Origin: Camelus ferus | Taxonomy: Eukaryota | DNA: 64,000 bases | Assembly: GCF_009834535.1 (NCBI RefSeq) | Contig: NC_045697.1 | Location: 31,064,001 to 31,128,000 of the forward strand | Reading direction: 5' to 3' | Shown here: piece by piece, positions 38,045 to 50,685 of the stretch | Layout: each line of letters begins with the position of its first letter | Position numbering within the stretch: position 1 is the first letter of the stretch | The notes under the pieces: model-generated | What the model saw: the letters and a program-made list of their open reading frames with translations, nothing else | Told to the model about the DNA's origin: nothing | Database searches by the model: none | Made by a program: the position numbers and the translations under genes

Positions 38045-39254
38045 GTGAGTATTCCGCTAAGGAAAATCTTTTCAATTGAACCCAACCAGTGTTGATAGGA
38101 ATCTACAAGCCTACGACGGGCAACTTGCATCATAACTACTGTCACACTTGCTATTTTTTGGAGTTCAAGCCTAAGGGTTTAAAATGTTTATTTCTACCCC
38201 AAGTCACTACAGTATTCAGCCCTGCAGGCATGGTGAGATAAAATCAGTGTGAAATTGTCTTTCTGAACAGGAATACATTTTTAAAATGTTTAGTCGACTT
38301 GAGTTTTGCATTGTGAAGCTGGACATGTGGGATAAAAACTATTTTTTTTTTTAGAGCAGGCGAGAAAAACGGAGTGTATGAGATACGTCTTTGTGAATTC
38401 TCTAATACCCTATTATTGAACACTCACTTTCTTACTTAATGAAACTAAGATGACAGTCCTGATGTGAAATCAATAAAAGTGGGGCCTGGAGCCAGAATTT
38501 TATCTGCTTACTGTTTAAAATTAGTCTTGATTTGGGGAATTTGGAAATGTGAGGCACAAATTCAGGCTCACAGTGAGCAGAGAGCTCCCAGAGCAGCAAC
38601 AAAGCACGACTGCTTCATTTCTCTTCAAAAAACACTGTGTTAGCATTATTAACCCCCACTGACCTATCCACGTGTTTAATCAGTAAGAAGCCCAAGAAGG
38701 GGCTCTGGAACGTGCACTTTGGAAAGAGTGCGAACAAAGAGCCCGTGGTTCAGGGGCGGGACTGACTATGAGATCGCCTATCAGAGAACAAAAAGCAGCT
38801 GTCAGCCTCAGATGGACACTTGGGTCTTGGTTGTGTTTTGCATCTGGTCTTCAGCTTTCAGGGGAGGTTAGAAAAATCCAGAGCAGGAAATGCTCATGTT
38901 TGTTAAAGGGAGCTTGCGTTCTGACATCCTGTCTAGGGCCATGGCTGTTAGAGGCAGCCTGTCGTCTTATGGAAAGACTCATGCAGAGAAGCCATGATTT
39001 AATAGCTCTGACGTTATGCAGTTCTTCTTGTAACCAGAGCTGGACACAAACGAATTCTGAACTAGAAAAATTTTGATTGAAGTATTGAGCCTCTGATATT
39101 TCAACACATACCCAGGCTTCCCAGAAAGCCACAACAATGGCAGTGATAGTAATGACAAAGAAATAAACAAATTAAAAAAATACTATACTGCACTCTCAGT
39201 TTACACGTGTCATCTCATCTAATCTGCAGGCTAGCCCTAGAAGTCAATGCTGGC

Positions 39255-39510
39255 ACATTGTTTAAGAGGCAAGACAGCCTTGGAGTTAGGCAGCGTTTTT
39301 TAAATTCCTGCTCTGATACTTCTCGCTGATTCTGGGCAATTTATAAATCGCTCTGCGTCTGGTTTCCTCATTTGTAAAATGAGAACGATAATAGAACTTT
39401 CTTCAGGCTAATTGTGAGGATTTTATGATATATATATAATATAGAGAAGTGATCAGTTCCCTTGCCTGGAACAAAGTATGCTTTTAATAAATAGTAACAA
39501 TTACTGTCCC
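39255..39510 (+). mobile_element. MIR SINE
   Basis: gtttcctcatttgtaaaatgagaacgataatag...ttgtgaggatt. Confidence 0.8.
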
Positions 39511-41754
39511 TGATTTGAAAAAGAGAGCATGAATTCCTTTGTCCAAGGCCAGGTTTGTCCGACTTCCCAAATCCTTGTGCTTTGGCACACCACCTCAAGG
39601 AAAGCCATCTTTGCTAGTTTGTTTGCTGATCTGTTCTTAGCACCTAGAACAGGGTTTGGCACAAAGTTGTTAGAAACATACATTGAATGGATGTAAGAAT
39701 GTTGCTGTATTGTCTCCATAATCCTTCCTTCTCTCCCTAAGACCTTCTTCCATAAGGAAACAATCTGATAAACTCATCCACACCAGGGAGAAAATCACCA
39801 ATAAGGGTTGTGGGTATTTGCATTTTAACTCGGGAAAAATTCTTCTGACCATGTAAGGTATTTCTCAGTGTGGAATTTTGGGTTCTGTGAAACTGCACAA
39901 TTAAACTTAGTAGGCGACTGCTTACTTGTACAAGGGTAAGTTTGACCCCTCTGTCTACATCACCTTTGACCACGCTCATCTTCCTAATTCTCAGTCTAAC
40001 AGGCTGCAGTGCCTTTCCTGCTATTTGTCTTCCAGTTTCGGGGGTAGAGGGAGCATGCAACAGACAAAGGAGCTAGAGTTCTTTCACAGTTGCTTTTTCT
40101 CTGTGAGTACTTTATTTACACACATAGCAGCCTAGAGGCAGAAGAATCACACAGGTGCTACCTTGTTGCATCTGAAATTTGAAGCTAATGCCCCAAATCT
40201 GGAGAGTCCAGAGACAGAGGTTTTTTCTTTCTTATTCTTAGAAAAGGAGATTTTTCTTCTAAATTCAAAATAGAGGCAAGCACTAGAGAACAAATACATT
40301 GCTGGGATTGAAGAGCTTTTTCCCTGCAGGATTCATGCATCTGAAATGGAAGGATGCCCTCTGCTGGGTTTTGGCACGTGGTGAAGCATAACTTTTAGGG
40401 AGGTAGAGAAAGAAGCTGATGCTGGTAGTTTCCTTAACATCTGTACTGTTTTAAACAGTCACTTGAAACCATTTGATTGAGTTTAAATTTAAATGAGTGA
40501 AAAAAATCAAGATGTGTGAATCATCTGCACAAATACAGCTGTCTTTAAGGATGGAGAGAGAGAAACAGAACGGGCCAGAGAACAAAGTAGACAGAGACAT
40601 ACACAGAGGCATATGGAGGCAGAGCGTGGGAGACAGTGAGATGGGATGGGGAGAGGCTGAGAACATTTCGCAGCTCCCTTGTTTTACTGCCATCACTGCT
40701 ATCAGACCCAGGGTGGGTGGTGAGAAGGGAATTTAGTTATTGAACAGAAAGTAACAGGGCTCCATGGGCAAGGATGAAAGGATTGACAAGGATACTGAGC
40801 TCTTTTTGCCTGATGATTCTCTTCCCCGGTCAAACTCAGAACTGAAGATGGAAGCGATGAAATAGTCAAGGGAAAGAAATTACTTTAGAAAACAAATATA
40901 CACTGCCCTGGGATGCTCAGTGGGGGAGCCGGGGAGGGCGTAGGAGCAAGTTCAGCTTGGAACTTTCTTGGGGCAAGTGTCCTGCTCTTTTGGCATCAGA
41001 AAACCTTCTTTACACAGAAAGATTGTGTTCCAACAGTTTGGACATAAATTATCTTAGAAATTCCAGTAGGAAATGAGTTAGAAATAGTGTCTTGATTCTG
41101 GACCAGTCATAAAACTACGGTTGGAACCCACAAAATCCACACTGGACCTGAACTGTAAAACATTTAGAATGAATCTAAGTGGGGACTCTGGGAACAGAGA
41201 GAGGAATGGAAAGGCTGTTGATGTAATGGGGTCTCTTAAACTAGCTGCTTTGAGTTGAGACCGCTTGGTAATTCTATATCTATTTAAAGTAGTGTTTTAT
41301 TCAATTTAAGAATGAAGGAATTATTATTGAGCATAGCTAGTTTACACACTAGAAATATAGACTCTGGGCATGTTTCTAGGGGCTACTCGCAAAACTTCTC
41401 TGCAGAAATGGACCATCCAGGAAGCCTCTGCCGCAGTCTGGATATGGTCAGCTCCAGTAACTTGCTGTCTTTGCTGTGGTCCACACCAGCAAAATTGATG
41501 ATTTGTTTTCTGCCTTTCTTTCTACAAAATTCTATTCCTAGCTAAAGTCTTTGAGTAAATGTATCTGCTTGTGGTCACTAAATAAGTCATGTGTGAAAGC
41601 AGTGAGGGAAAATGGGAAATGTGCTTTTTCAGTTTCTAGCTTCTATACATTGCTATACATTCTATAGCACAGGAAGACATTCTAGAAAGAGATTGGATTG
41701 ATTACTGAGTGAGACAAACCATAGGATCTGCCAGATATGCTGTTTTCATTTATT

Positions 41755-43660
41755 TCATTCTGTTTTATTCAGCTTTATTGAGGTATAAATTACATATAAT
41801 GAAATGTACACATTTACGTTCTGTAATTTGATGAGTTTTGACAGGCATGTACACACATGAATCTGCCAGTACATTCAAGACATAGAGCATTTTCATAAGC
41901 CCCCAAATATTCCTCGTGCCTTTCAGCAGTCAGTCCCTTCCTCCAGCCTCAGTCTCCTGGCAAACATTGATGTTTTTGTCAATATAGTTTTCTATTCTTC
42001 TAATGCCTTTGGTTTTGGTATCAAGATAGTGATGACCTCATCAAGTGAGTCTGGAAGTACTCTGTCTGCTGCAATTTTAATTTCTGGTTCTCTTTAATCC
42101 TTGATGTAGAGCATTATATCCATTTTGACATTTTTCTTTTATGTGAAGGACTTTTGTAGTGTGGGTCTGCTGTGGATGAATTCTTTCACCATTTACTATC
42201 TGAAAAGTTTCTGTTTCATGTTTATTTTTAAGAGATATTTTTGCTGGGTATAGAATGCTAAGTTAAAAGATTTTTTTTTTCTTTCAGAACTTCAGAGATG
42301 TTGCCCCTTTATTTTCTCACTAGCATTACTTGTAATAAAAAAAGTATCATCATCTTTATCTTTGTTTCTCTGTATATAACATGTCTTCTCTGCCACCCCT
42401 AATCTCTCAGCTGCTTTTAAGATTTTCTTTTTATCACCAGATTTGAGAAACTCAATTATGATATGTCTTGGTGTACTTTTCTTCATGTTTCTTTTGTTTG
42501 GGATTCATTGAGATTCTTGGATAATAGTTTTTATCAAATTTGAAAAACTTTCAGCCTTTTAAAAAGCATTATTTGTATTTTCCCTTTTTTCTCTTCTTTT
42601 CAGAGGCTTTAATTACATGCATTTCAGCCTGCTTGAAGTAGCTGCATCGCTCAGCTTCATTTCTTTTTGGATAGTCTCTATTGCTATGTCTCCTGAATCC
42701 CTAATCTTTTCTTATATAAGGTCCAATCTTCTGTTAATCCCATCCAGTCTATTTTTTATCTCAGACATTGTAATTTTTGTCTTTAGACATTTAATTTCTT
42801 TAAAAAAAAACGTATTTTCTGTGTCTCTACGTAAACATATTCAATATTTCTTCTAGCTTTTTGATGATATAATAACTTTTAATCTCCTTGTCTGACAGTT
42901 CCATTATCTGAGTCAGTTCTGGGTTGTTTTCAGTTGATTGGTTTTTCTATGCATTATGAATCCTGTTTCTGCTTCTCTGCCTGCCTGGTAATTTTTGATT
43001 GGATTCCAAATACCTGGTTGGATAAAAATATTCCTTGTTGGGATATTTTTGTATTCCTATAAATATTCTTTAGCTTTTCACTGGGATGTAGTTAAGTTAC
43101 TTGGAATAGTTTGCTATTTGGGGTTTGTTATTAAGATTTTCTAGGTAGGGCTGGAATAGTGTTCCAAAGCTAATTATTCCCAATTATGGGGACATGACCT
43201 TTTGATAACTTTACCCAATGCCCCATGAATTTTAAGGTTTTCCAGTCTGGCTGGTGGGAACAGGCACTATTCCCAGGCCCATCCCCAGACACTGTCCCTT
43301 TTAATCTTTTCAGGTGGTTCTTTTCCTGGCCTTGAGTAGTTTCCTCACATGTGTCTGCTGATTGTTACTCTACTGAATACAAGCTGGTCCCACTGCCCAG
43401 CTCCAGAGTTCTCTGTGAAGCTCTTTACCCCCTGGACCTCTGTCCTATGAACTCTAGCCACCTTAGCTTTCTGGGCTCTCAGGTCTATTGCCTCAACTCA
43501 GGGAACCTACCAGGCTCTGCTTAAATTCCCCTTTCCTGTATATAGTTTGGAAAAGCTATCATGATAGTAACCTGGGAAACTGTAGAACTCACTTCATTTA
43601 CTTCCTGCCTCTCAAAGATCATAGTTCTTCATTGCCTAATGTTCAATATCATGCAAACAA
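41755..43660 (-). mobile_element. Old L1M element: 3' end, short ORF2 piece, ORF1 and 5' region
   Basis: cagctttattgaggtataa 3' end; ORF 42292-42486 TPRHIIIEFLKSGDKKKILKAA matches an L1 ORF1p motif; 5'UTR-like ttttccagtctggctggtgggaacagg. Confidence 0.8.
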
Positions 43661-43769
43661 TCCATTAAAATCATCACAATTTATCAAAATGAACCATCAG
43701 TTAGTCCACTTTTAGGTAATATAACAAAGTAAAGTGAAATTTGGGGGCTGAATGCCCATGGTATTTATG

Positions 43770-44281
43770 AATTACATTTTTTTCTGAATAAAAATGATTC
43801 CTTTCTACAAAAATGTCCCTAAACAAACAACAGAAATCCCTGAAGCCTTAAAAATTGTTTTTTTCTCACATAGAAAATGTATAGGAAGCTGCTCCTGGGA
43901 GGGTATAAAGTTCCATGATGTCACCTAGGGCCACTTTCCATTTTATAGTTCTTAGCACACGTCTTTTATCTTTAAGATCTCCTAATGATTCAAGACGGTT
44001 GTTGAAAGTCTTGACACCATGCCTGCATTCCCGGCAGGGCAGGACTGAGAAAGAAAAGGAAAAAAGAGAAGTTCATCCTAGCTAAAGGGGTGCCTTTTAA
44101 ACAGTTCTCCTAGAAATCTCACCCAACTTTGTATTTTATTGTTCACCTTTTTTGCAAAGTAGGCTGGGAATTGTGATCTTCCAGAGGAACACAATGATGT
44201 GTTGAAAAGAAAAACAAGCAAATCTTTCTTAGAAGCAAAGAGTGATCATGGATATTGGGTAAGAAGTTAGTGTCTGCCACA
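43770..44281 (-). mobile_element. MLT1J-like MaLR LTR
   Basis: ttttctcacata...ttccatgatgtcacc...gcaaagtaggctgggaattgt...ggatattgggta...gtctgccaca. Confidence 0.6.
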
Positions 44282-47200
44282 CTAAACAAGACTGTTTATG
44301 AGAAGTTGACTAGAATAAGCTCCTTTAAGCTGTGTTTGTTTTACACTAACTATTTCCTTGAATCAGACAGCTCCCTAGTATTCACTCTGTTAATGAGGGT
44401 TGCAGAGATGGTGGGAAGTCTAGCAGGTAAATTTGGTGTTTCTTTATGAGAATGTGTTATATGAAATAACAACTATTGTCATAAACCATCAGCGTAAATC
44501 TTTGTTAGGTCTTGAAACTATTCTGTTTTAAACCTCCTGAAAATGGTTACCATATACTTGTGAGAAGTGGTTTTTAAATGTTGGAGTCTTATGCTTCTTT
44601 GCAAATCTGCTGAAAGCTGTAGACCTTCCCACTGTACATGTATAGACAATCTTCTTTACAATATCAGGGCTTTCTGAGAATTTATCCCTAGGCAATTAAC
44701 TTTTCTTTAAAAGGAGAACTTTGGAGATGGTGCCTACTAAAATGAACCCCACTTCTTAGTTGTCTTTGAGTATTTTATCTGGTAAATAACCCACTTCATT
44801 ACAAGTAATTACTGTCATGTCTTATTTGGATTTTTTGGCATTTAATTGTGGAATAGATGAATTTTAGATCTTTATCTTCTCTTCCTTTTTCTTTGGAAGT
44901 CATCTTTTTGGTCATTTCCTTGATCGTTAACAATTTCATCAGAGGTGTGGGTGAGAGAAGGATCCCCTGAGCATTCAAACCTACCTTTTTCTCTTGGATC
45001 TTACTTGGTAATAGACACAATAAATGTTCAACCTTCAAGTTTCCTTGTTCAAAGTCATGAAATGTTTGCTCCTGACCTATTCACTCTACTTCAGACAGTA
45101 TGGAGTTGGTTGGGGGTGGTTGAAATTTACACTTTAAGGCAGGTTCTTGGAATTTAAATTAAGAAATACTTTGTCATGTGATTGCTTCCTTGTCCTTTTT
45201 TCCCTGAATAACTGAGGATAGTTTTTAACAACAACAATAATGACAATGATAGTAAAATCTAACTTGGATGATAAACTCTGCTAAGCGTTTTACACACTTT
45301 AAAATGTAAAATTTTAAAATAAAAATGTAAATAGTACCACTCTTATCTCTCTCACCCCAAAGTTTGTTAGAAAAGTTAAGAAACTTAGAGAAGTTAGGAA
45401 ACCCTTTAAATATCTTCAGATCACAGGTGGCACAGCCAGGATTCAAACGTAAGAATGTCTGGCTCTAGAGTTTGAACTTTTAAAAACTGAGCCATAAAGG
45501 TCCTTAACCCTTGTCTCCAATAGCTTTCAACTCCACTCGTTAGCAGTGCATTCACATCTGGAATTGCTTCCTCACTTTAAAACACTCCACTTTCAGGATC
45601 TTTCACTTAGCAATGTCCTGCTCTGACCTCCACTTTCTGTCCTTCAGTCCTTCCCCTCTGTCCCTCTGTTGAACTCTCTCCGTCATCACTGGCATTGTTT
45701 ATCCATTCCCCCTTTCCATTTCTCTCTACTTATAGTCACAATTTTGGTTTCACTTGTTTCCCTACCTCACTGTGTTCAGGAATATAATAATATCCAGTTT
45801 GTTATCACTTGCTGGACAAGCTCTGCTGACTTTCCACATTTATCAGTTCTCAGTCCTGTACAACTCCCACTGTTTTTTTTTTTTTTTTTTTTTCTCTCTT
45901 TTTCCAGCACACCAAGGGCTGGAGAAAATGTCAAAATAATAGCAAAGAAGTCTACAACAAAGTTGTATTATCGACGTCATCTAGGCCCATTATCTAACAC
46001 TCCTAATAGTATCTTGTTTGTTTTCTATTGTGGTCCACATAACCAACGGCTTTAAAAAATGTTTTCTAATTTCTCCCAAACAGAAGTTTCATTGCTGTCT
46101 CCTGTTCCCTCTTTTTCACATCCATTATTATCTTTCACTTTTTCCAGTCTTCAGGTCTATTTACAGCTATAATTTTGTTAATGTTAATTTTTTACAGATA
46201 TTCTACTTCAACATTAAAAATTATAGCAGAAAAATTCTTCATTTTTAGTTTCTTATTCCAGTTCTCCAGCTTTGATTGATGATCCCACAATTCCCCATCA
46301 CTCAGACTCTAAATCTCAGTTTTCTTTGACTCCATCATCTTTCTGTTTGTTTCTCGTATCTAGTCACTTGGCGAGATTTACAGCATATCCTATGGAACCT
46401 CAATTTTCACATTTTGGGAGCTCCTCCTGAAAGTAGCAGAGCTATGTGGAAGCAGACATCTGGATGGAAGAGTAAGCTCCTTGTCTTACTGGCATGGATG
46501 TCAGTCAAGTTACTCAATCTCTCTAAGATGAAGATAATAAAATACCTACGACGGGATGTTTTAAGAATTAAATGGGATAAAGCATAAAAACTCACAAGGC
46601 CTGGAACATGGTGCACAATAAGTAATTCTTGCTAATATATTTAAAGCAAGAGCTTTAGAGAATGCTTACATTTAGGGTCTATAGGTGAAAAGAAATAGAG
46701 AGAATAAACAGTATTAATATAGGGTTGGATCACTAGGTCCTGAGAGGAGAAAAGGTGCAGAGTATTATTCTGAGTCCACCTTCACACATTAATGTCTAAG
46801 TTCCCTGCTCTGGGGGGGCGGATGCTACACAGTATTTGAACTCTGCATAGTGGCAGTACTTTTAATATGAAGCAAGTATCAAGGTCATGTTTCACATACC
46901 AGTTTCATGTGAGCTGATACATGGGCTATTAGAGCTATTCCATTAACACTCATGATGCTTTACCATGAATTTAAACATAAGTATTTAAATAGTGTTATTT
47001 AAAATTTTAATACCATATCAATTCCTAATATTTTAATTAACAATGCTATTTGAACATATTAATAAGTTTATAACTTATGAGATTTAAAATTTATTAACAA
47101 TATACTTATTTCCCCTTGAAATGAAGTGAGACTTATGTATAAGACACTATACTTTGATTATTTTTCCCTTACAATATGAAACTTTGATTTTTCCTCCCTC

Positions 47201-47529
47201 TCTCTTTTTAATGGTAAATCTAATTTTAACTTTATTCAACTTGGAATGAATTTCATTATATTAAAATGCGAATAGATGATATCTGATTTGGTCTTAATTT
47301 CTAGAACAAAGCTGATAAATTTAACATGTGTGCTCAAGGTAGAAGTAGAGTGAAGGAGGTAAATTTCTTACATCATTGTATTAGCAACTCCCCTCTCTCA
47401 TATCCTTTCATATCAAGACCAAGTTAGGACAGTAGTAAGACAACTATTAAGATGCAGAAGATCTGCTTAATTATTAGTTTTTGTAAAGACAAATGTGGTA
47501 GACAGATGCACACAGAAGTTTCATACAAG

Positions 47530-48150
47530 AGCACAGAATCTTGGATGTGGAAGGAAGCTTAGATGTCATCTTGTCTAATATTCCTCTCTCTTAGTGTAAG
47601 AGTTCTTTCTACCATATCTCTGGGCAAAGATGAACAATCTTTGAACACACTCAGTGACAACAACTTCATTACTGTTCAAGCCAACCTATTTTATTGTAGT
47701 ACTCCTGTAAATATTAGAAAGTTCTTTCTCATGTTGAGAACAAACCTGCCTCTAACTTCCTTCACCCTTTAGCTTTAGTTCTTCTACCTAAAGTTAAAAC
47801 TGTTAATACAAGTTAAAACTGTTCTCTCATCCTCGTAAGTGAAACTTCTTGTACAAAAATGTTGGCACATTTTCTCCACGGTTCCTCTAACACTTACTCT
47901 CATCTCATGTTTTTAGGAGCTTCCACATCATAATTATTCTCCTTAGGATAGATTCTGGTCTTTAAGTGCAGCATCCAGAACTAGAATCAATCTTCTAGGT
48001 AATTACCTCCTTGAATAAGACCTCTATTCCTCTAATAATGAAGCCTAGATTTTCTTTAAACATCTGTATCATACAATTGATCATACTGAGTCTGAAGCTA
48101 GTTTAAAGTCTCATGTAACTTTCATGTGACTTATTTCTCAAACTCCTAAC
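47530..48150 (-). mobile_element. L3/CR1 LINE fragment
   Basis: ttgaacacactcagtgac...attagaaagttctttctcatgttgag...aaacctgcctc. Confidence 0.6.
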
Positions 48151-48445
48151 ACTCTTGTGTTTTTCTTATGCATTTTACTAGGTCCCAAGACCTCTTTTAC
48201 ATGGGTGTGTGGTTGCTAGGCAATAATCAAGAACACAAGCAATAAAAGTTTTTGGTGAAATGTAGCCCATGATTTTTGATGACTGTCCCTCTCTTTCTGT
48301 AAGCAATTCATTTTGGTGCTAGTATCATTCCTTAGATCAGGAAGCAAAAAAGTTACCAAATGTCTCAAACTTCCATCTCCAGAGAAATATGGCCATGGAC
48401 TGGAACAAAACGCAGTCAGAGTTTGGGCTCTTGATGAAAGTAGCT

Positions 48446-48884
48446 GTATCAGTTACCTTTTGCTATGCAACAAACCACCCCAAAAGTGAGTGGCTTTAAA
48501 CAATTATTTTGTAGACTGCAGTGCTGGCTGGGCTTGGCTGAATTGTGGTCTGCTAGTGGCTTGGTTAGAGATGTATGGTCTAGGGTCACCTCAGTCACAT
48601 ATCTGGAAATTGGCTTCTCAGATTTCCTCTTCTCTAGCAGACTAGCTGAGGCATGCTAAATGGTGGCAGTGGGATTTCTAGCAATGAAGAAGCCAAGCCC
48701 CAATGGTCAAGCACATTTCCTGTTTGATTTTGTCCTGTTGACCAGAGCAGGTGATGTGGTCAGATCCAGGTTCAAAATGGAGAGAAACCATTGATGGCAG
48801 GACCACCCACACCATGTTGTAAAGTGTGCACATAGAATGAGGCATGAACAAATTGATGGCAGTTACCCCAGCAATCTATCAAAG
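48446..48884 (-). mobile_element. MLT1H/I-like MaLR LTR
   Basis: tgtatcagttaccttttgctatgcaacaaaccaccccaaaa...gtggctttaaacaa...gcaatctatca. Confidence 0.7.
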
Positions 48885-49488
48885 TGCAGAACTTCAGCAT
48901 CATCTAATCCTGGCTTTTTGCCTGAGTCACGTGTATTCACTGACATTTTCATGTTGGAGGATTGCATACTTTCGATTTAATAAATTTGGTTATGCTTCTA
49001 GCACTTCATGTGCCCACAAAATGTTTGTAGAACAGTTGGCACTCAAGCACAGCTGTGTGGGACTAAATCAAAGTTCTAAACACCCTTCAAATTTCCAGAG
49101 TCACACACCCCCATCCTGTCACTTTGGTAATCCTGTAGTATCACCACTAGTATCTTGTGATGTTCTTGGTCTGTGGACTAAATCTTTGCCTTTCACGTCA
49201 CAGATGTGTTTGTCTGTCACTTATTCTCACAGAAGAAATGTAGAAGGACCATGATTACAATTTCTTCATCTCATATTTTGCGTGCTGAAGTTAATTCAAT
49301 GACATGAAAAGTCATATAGTAGTAAGTGCCTTGAAACCTGTTTATGCACAATTCAACTTTCATGCCCACATTTAGAGTCAATTAAAGAGAAGGAACTCTT
49401 GAGATATGCTGGCACTAAGTATTCCTAAATTACAGGCCCAAGGGATAGCTTCACCCATACAGTCTTTCCTTAATATATACCCTGGATT

Positions 49489-50089
49489 CGTTACTGAGCC
49501 AAACTTGGGTCCACTTACCTGTGTGCAGTAAAGCCAATCTATTGACACCAGGTTGTGGTGAAGGGAGGTGCAGTGTTTATTGCAAGGCCAAGCAAGGAGT
49601 ACAGGCAGCTAATTCTTCAAAGACCTCCCCAGTGGCTTTCAGGGAGGTCTCAGGGTGCCTGATCAGCTTGTAGACATCCTTCTGATTGGTTGGTGGTGAG
49701 GGAACTCTGGTATTTTGGGAGTCAACATCATCAATCTTCTGGTTCCAACTGCTCTGGGGTCTACATGCTTGTGGTCAACAGGCAGTTAGCTTCTTCCACC
49801 TAGTAGGGGTTTCAGTATCTGCAAAATAGCTTAAGGACATGGCTCAGGATATTATCTATAGACTGAGGAGGATCTAAAGGTCCTTGATTTTGTATTAGGC
49901 TAAACTATTATTATTTTGTCTAGCTTGATGGTTTGTTTCTTCATATTCTCACTTCTCTGACTGATTAAATTTGCCCTTTGGAACTCAGGAAAGGCCTAAC
50001 TGAGGACATTTTTTCTATAAACCAGAGGCAGGCAGAGGCATGGTGAGAGTCTGTCCCAGAAAGTCCTCATAGGGTCCTGCTCAGTTACA
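49489..50089 (-). mobile_element. ERV1-type solo LTR (601 bp)
   Basis: Inverted termini cgttactgagc / gctcagttaca; 4-bp TSD-like gatt / gctt; minus-strand AATAAA near 49577-49582; ctgattggttgg CCAAT box. Confidence 0.8.
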
Positions 50090-50651
50090 GCTTTCATTTT
50101 ACAAATTTAAATCCATTGTCACATTTGCCCAAGAGTTTGCCACTTTGTTTTTCCTGCTGTAATTTTCTGTGTGGCAGGATACTGATAAGGTGTCTGGTAG
50201 GTCCATGGTTTAATTATTTGCATATGTCAAAACCTGAGTCTTAAATTTGGCCCTTTGGACACTATAAAAGTACAAAATACTTGTGTCTATTTGCAACTTG
50301 GCTGCAAGTTAAAAGAAGATATAGAACATGTCACCTAATAGAGATCTCCAGGGGCCGATTTACCTACATCTCAATTTAGATGTGGATTGCTAATTATTCT
50401 CAAGCTGACTGAAAAGAAAATGTATTTGTACATTATCAGCATTTTCTTATTTGGATTTAAAGTCCTAATGTAAGCATTTAAGATTTTTTTTTTAATTCTA
50501 GAAAATACATAAAAATAAGTTAATGTACCATTTTATGGGCAGGTAAAAATTAATAGAAATTTTAGTAAGCATCCATTTCTGACAGAACTTGAAATCAGTG
50601 TCTCAGTAAAGAAGACTGGTTGGCAAGAACTTCTGTTCTTATGCACGTAGG

Positions 50652-50685
50652 GATTTAGTACCATCTCAACCACCAGAGGGCTCTC
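50652..50685 (+). promoter_or_regulatory. Candidate CTCF binding site
   Basis: CCACCAGAGGGCTC at 50670-50683 closely matches the core CCASYAGRKGGCRS; partial upstream module AGTACC. Confidence 0.45.

Noticed and set aside
37835..38095. ORF-track 86-aa ORF as a stand-alone glutaredoxin gene
   Set aside because: It starts at an internal GTG and reads through the GTGAGT donor; the true unit is the spliced exon 37802-38044
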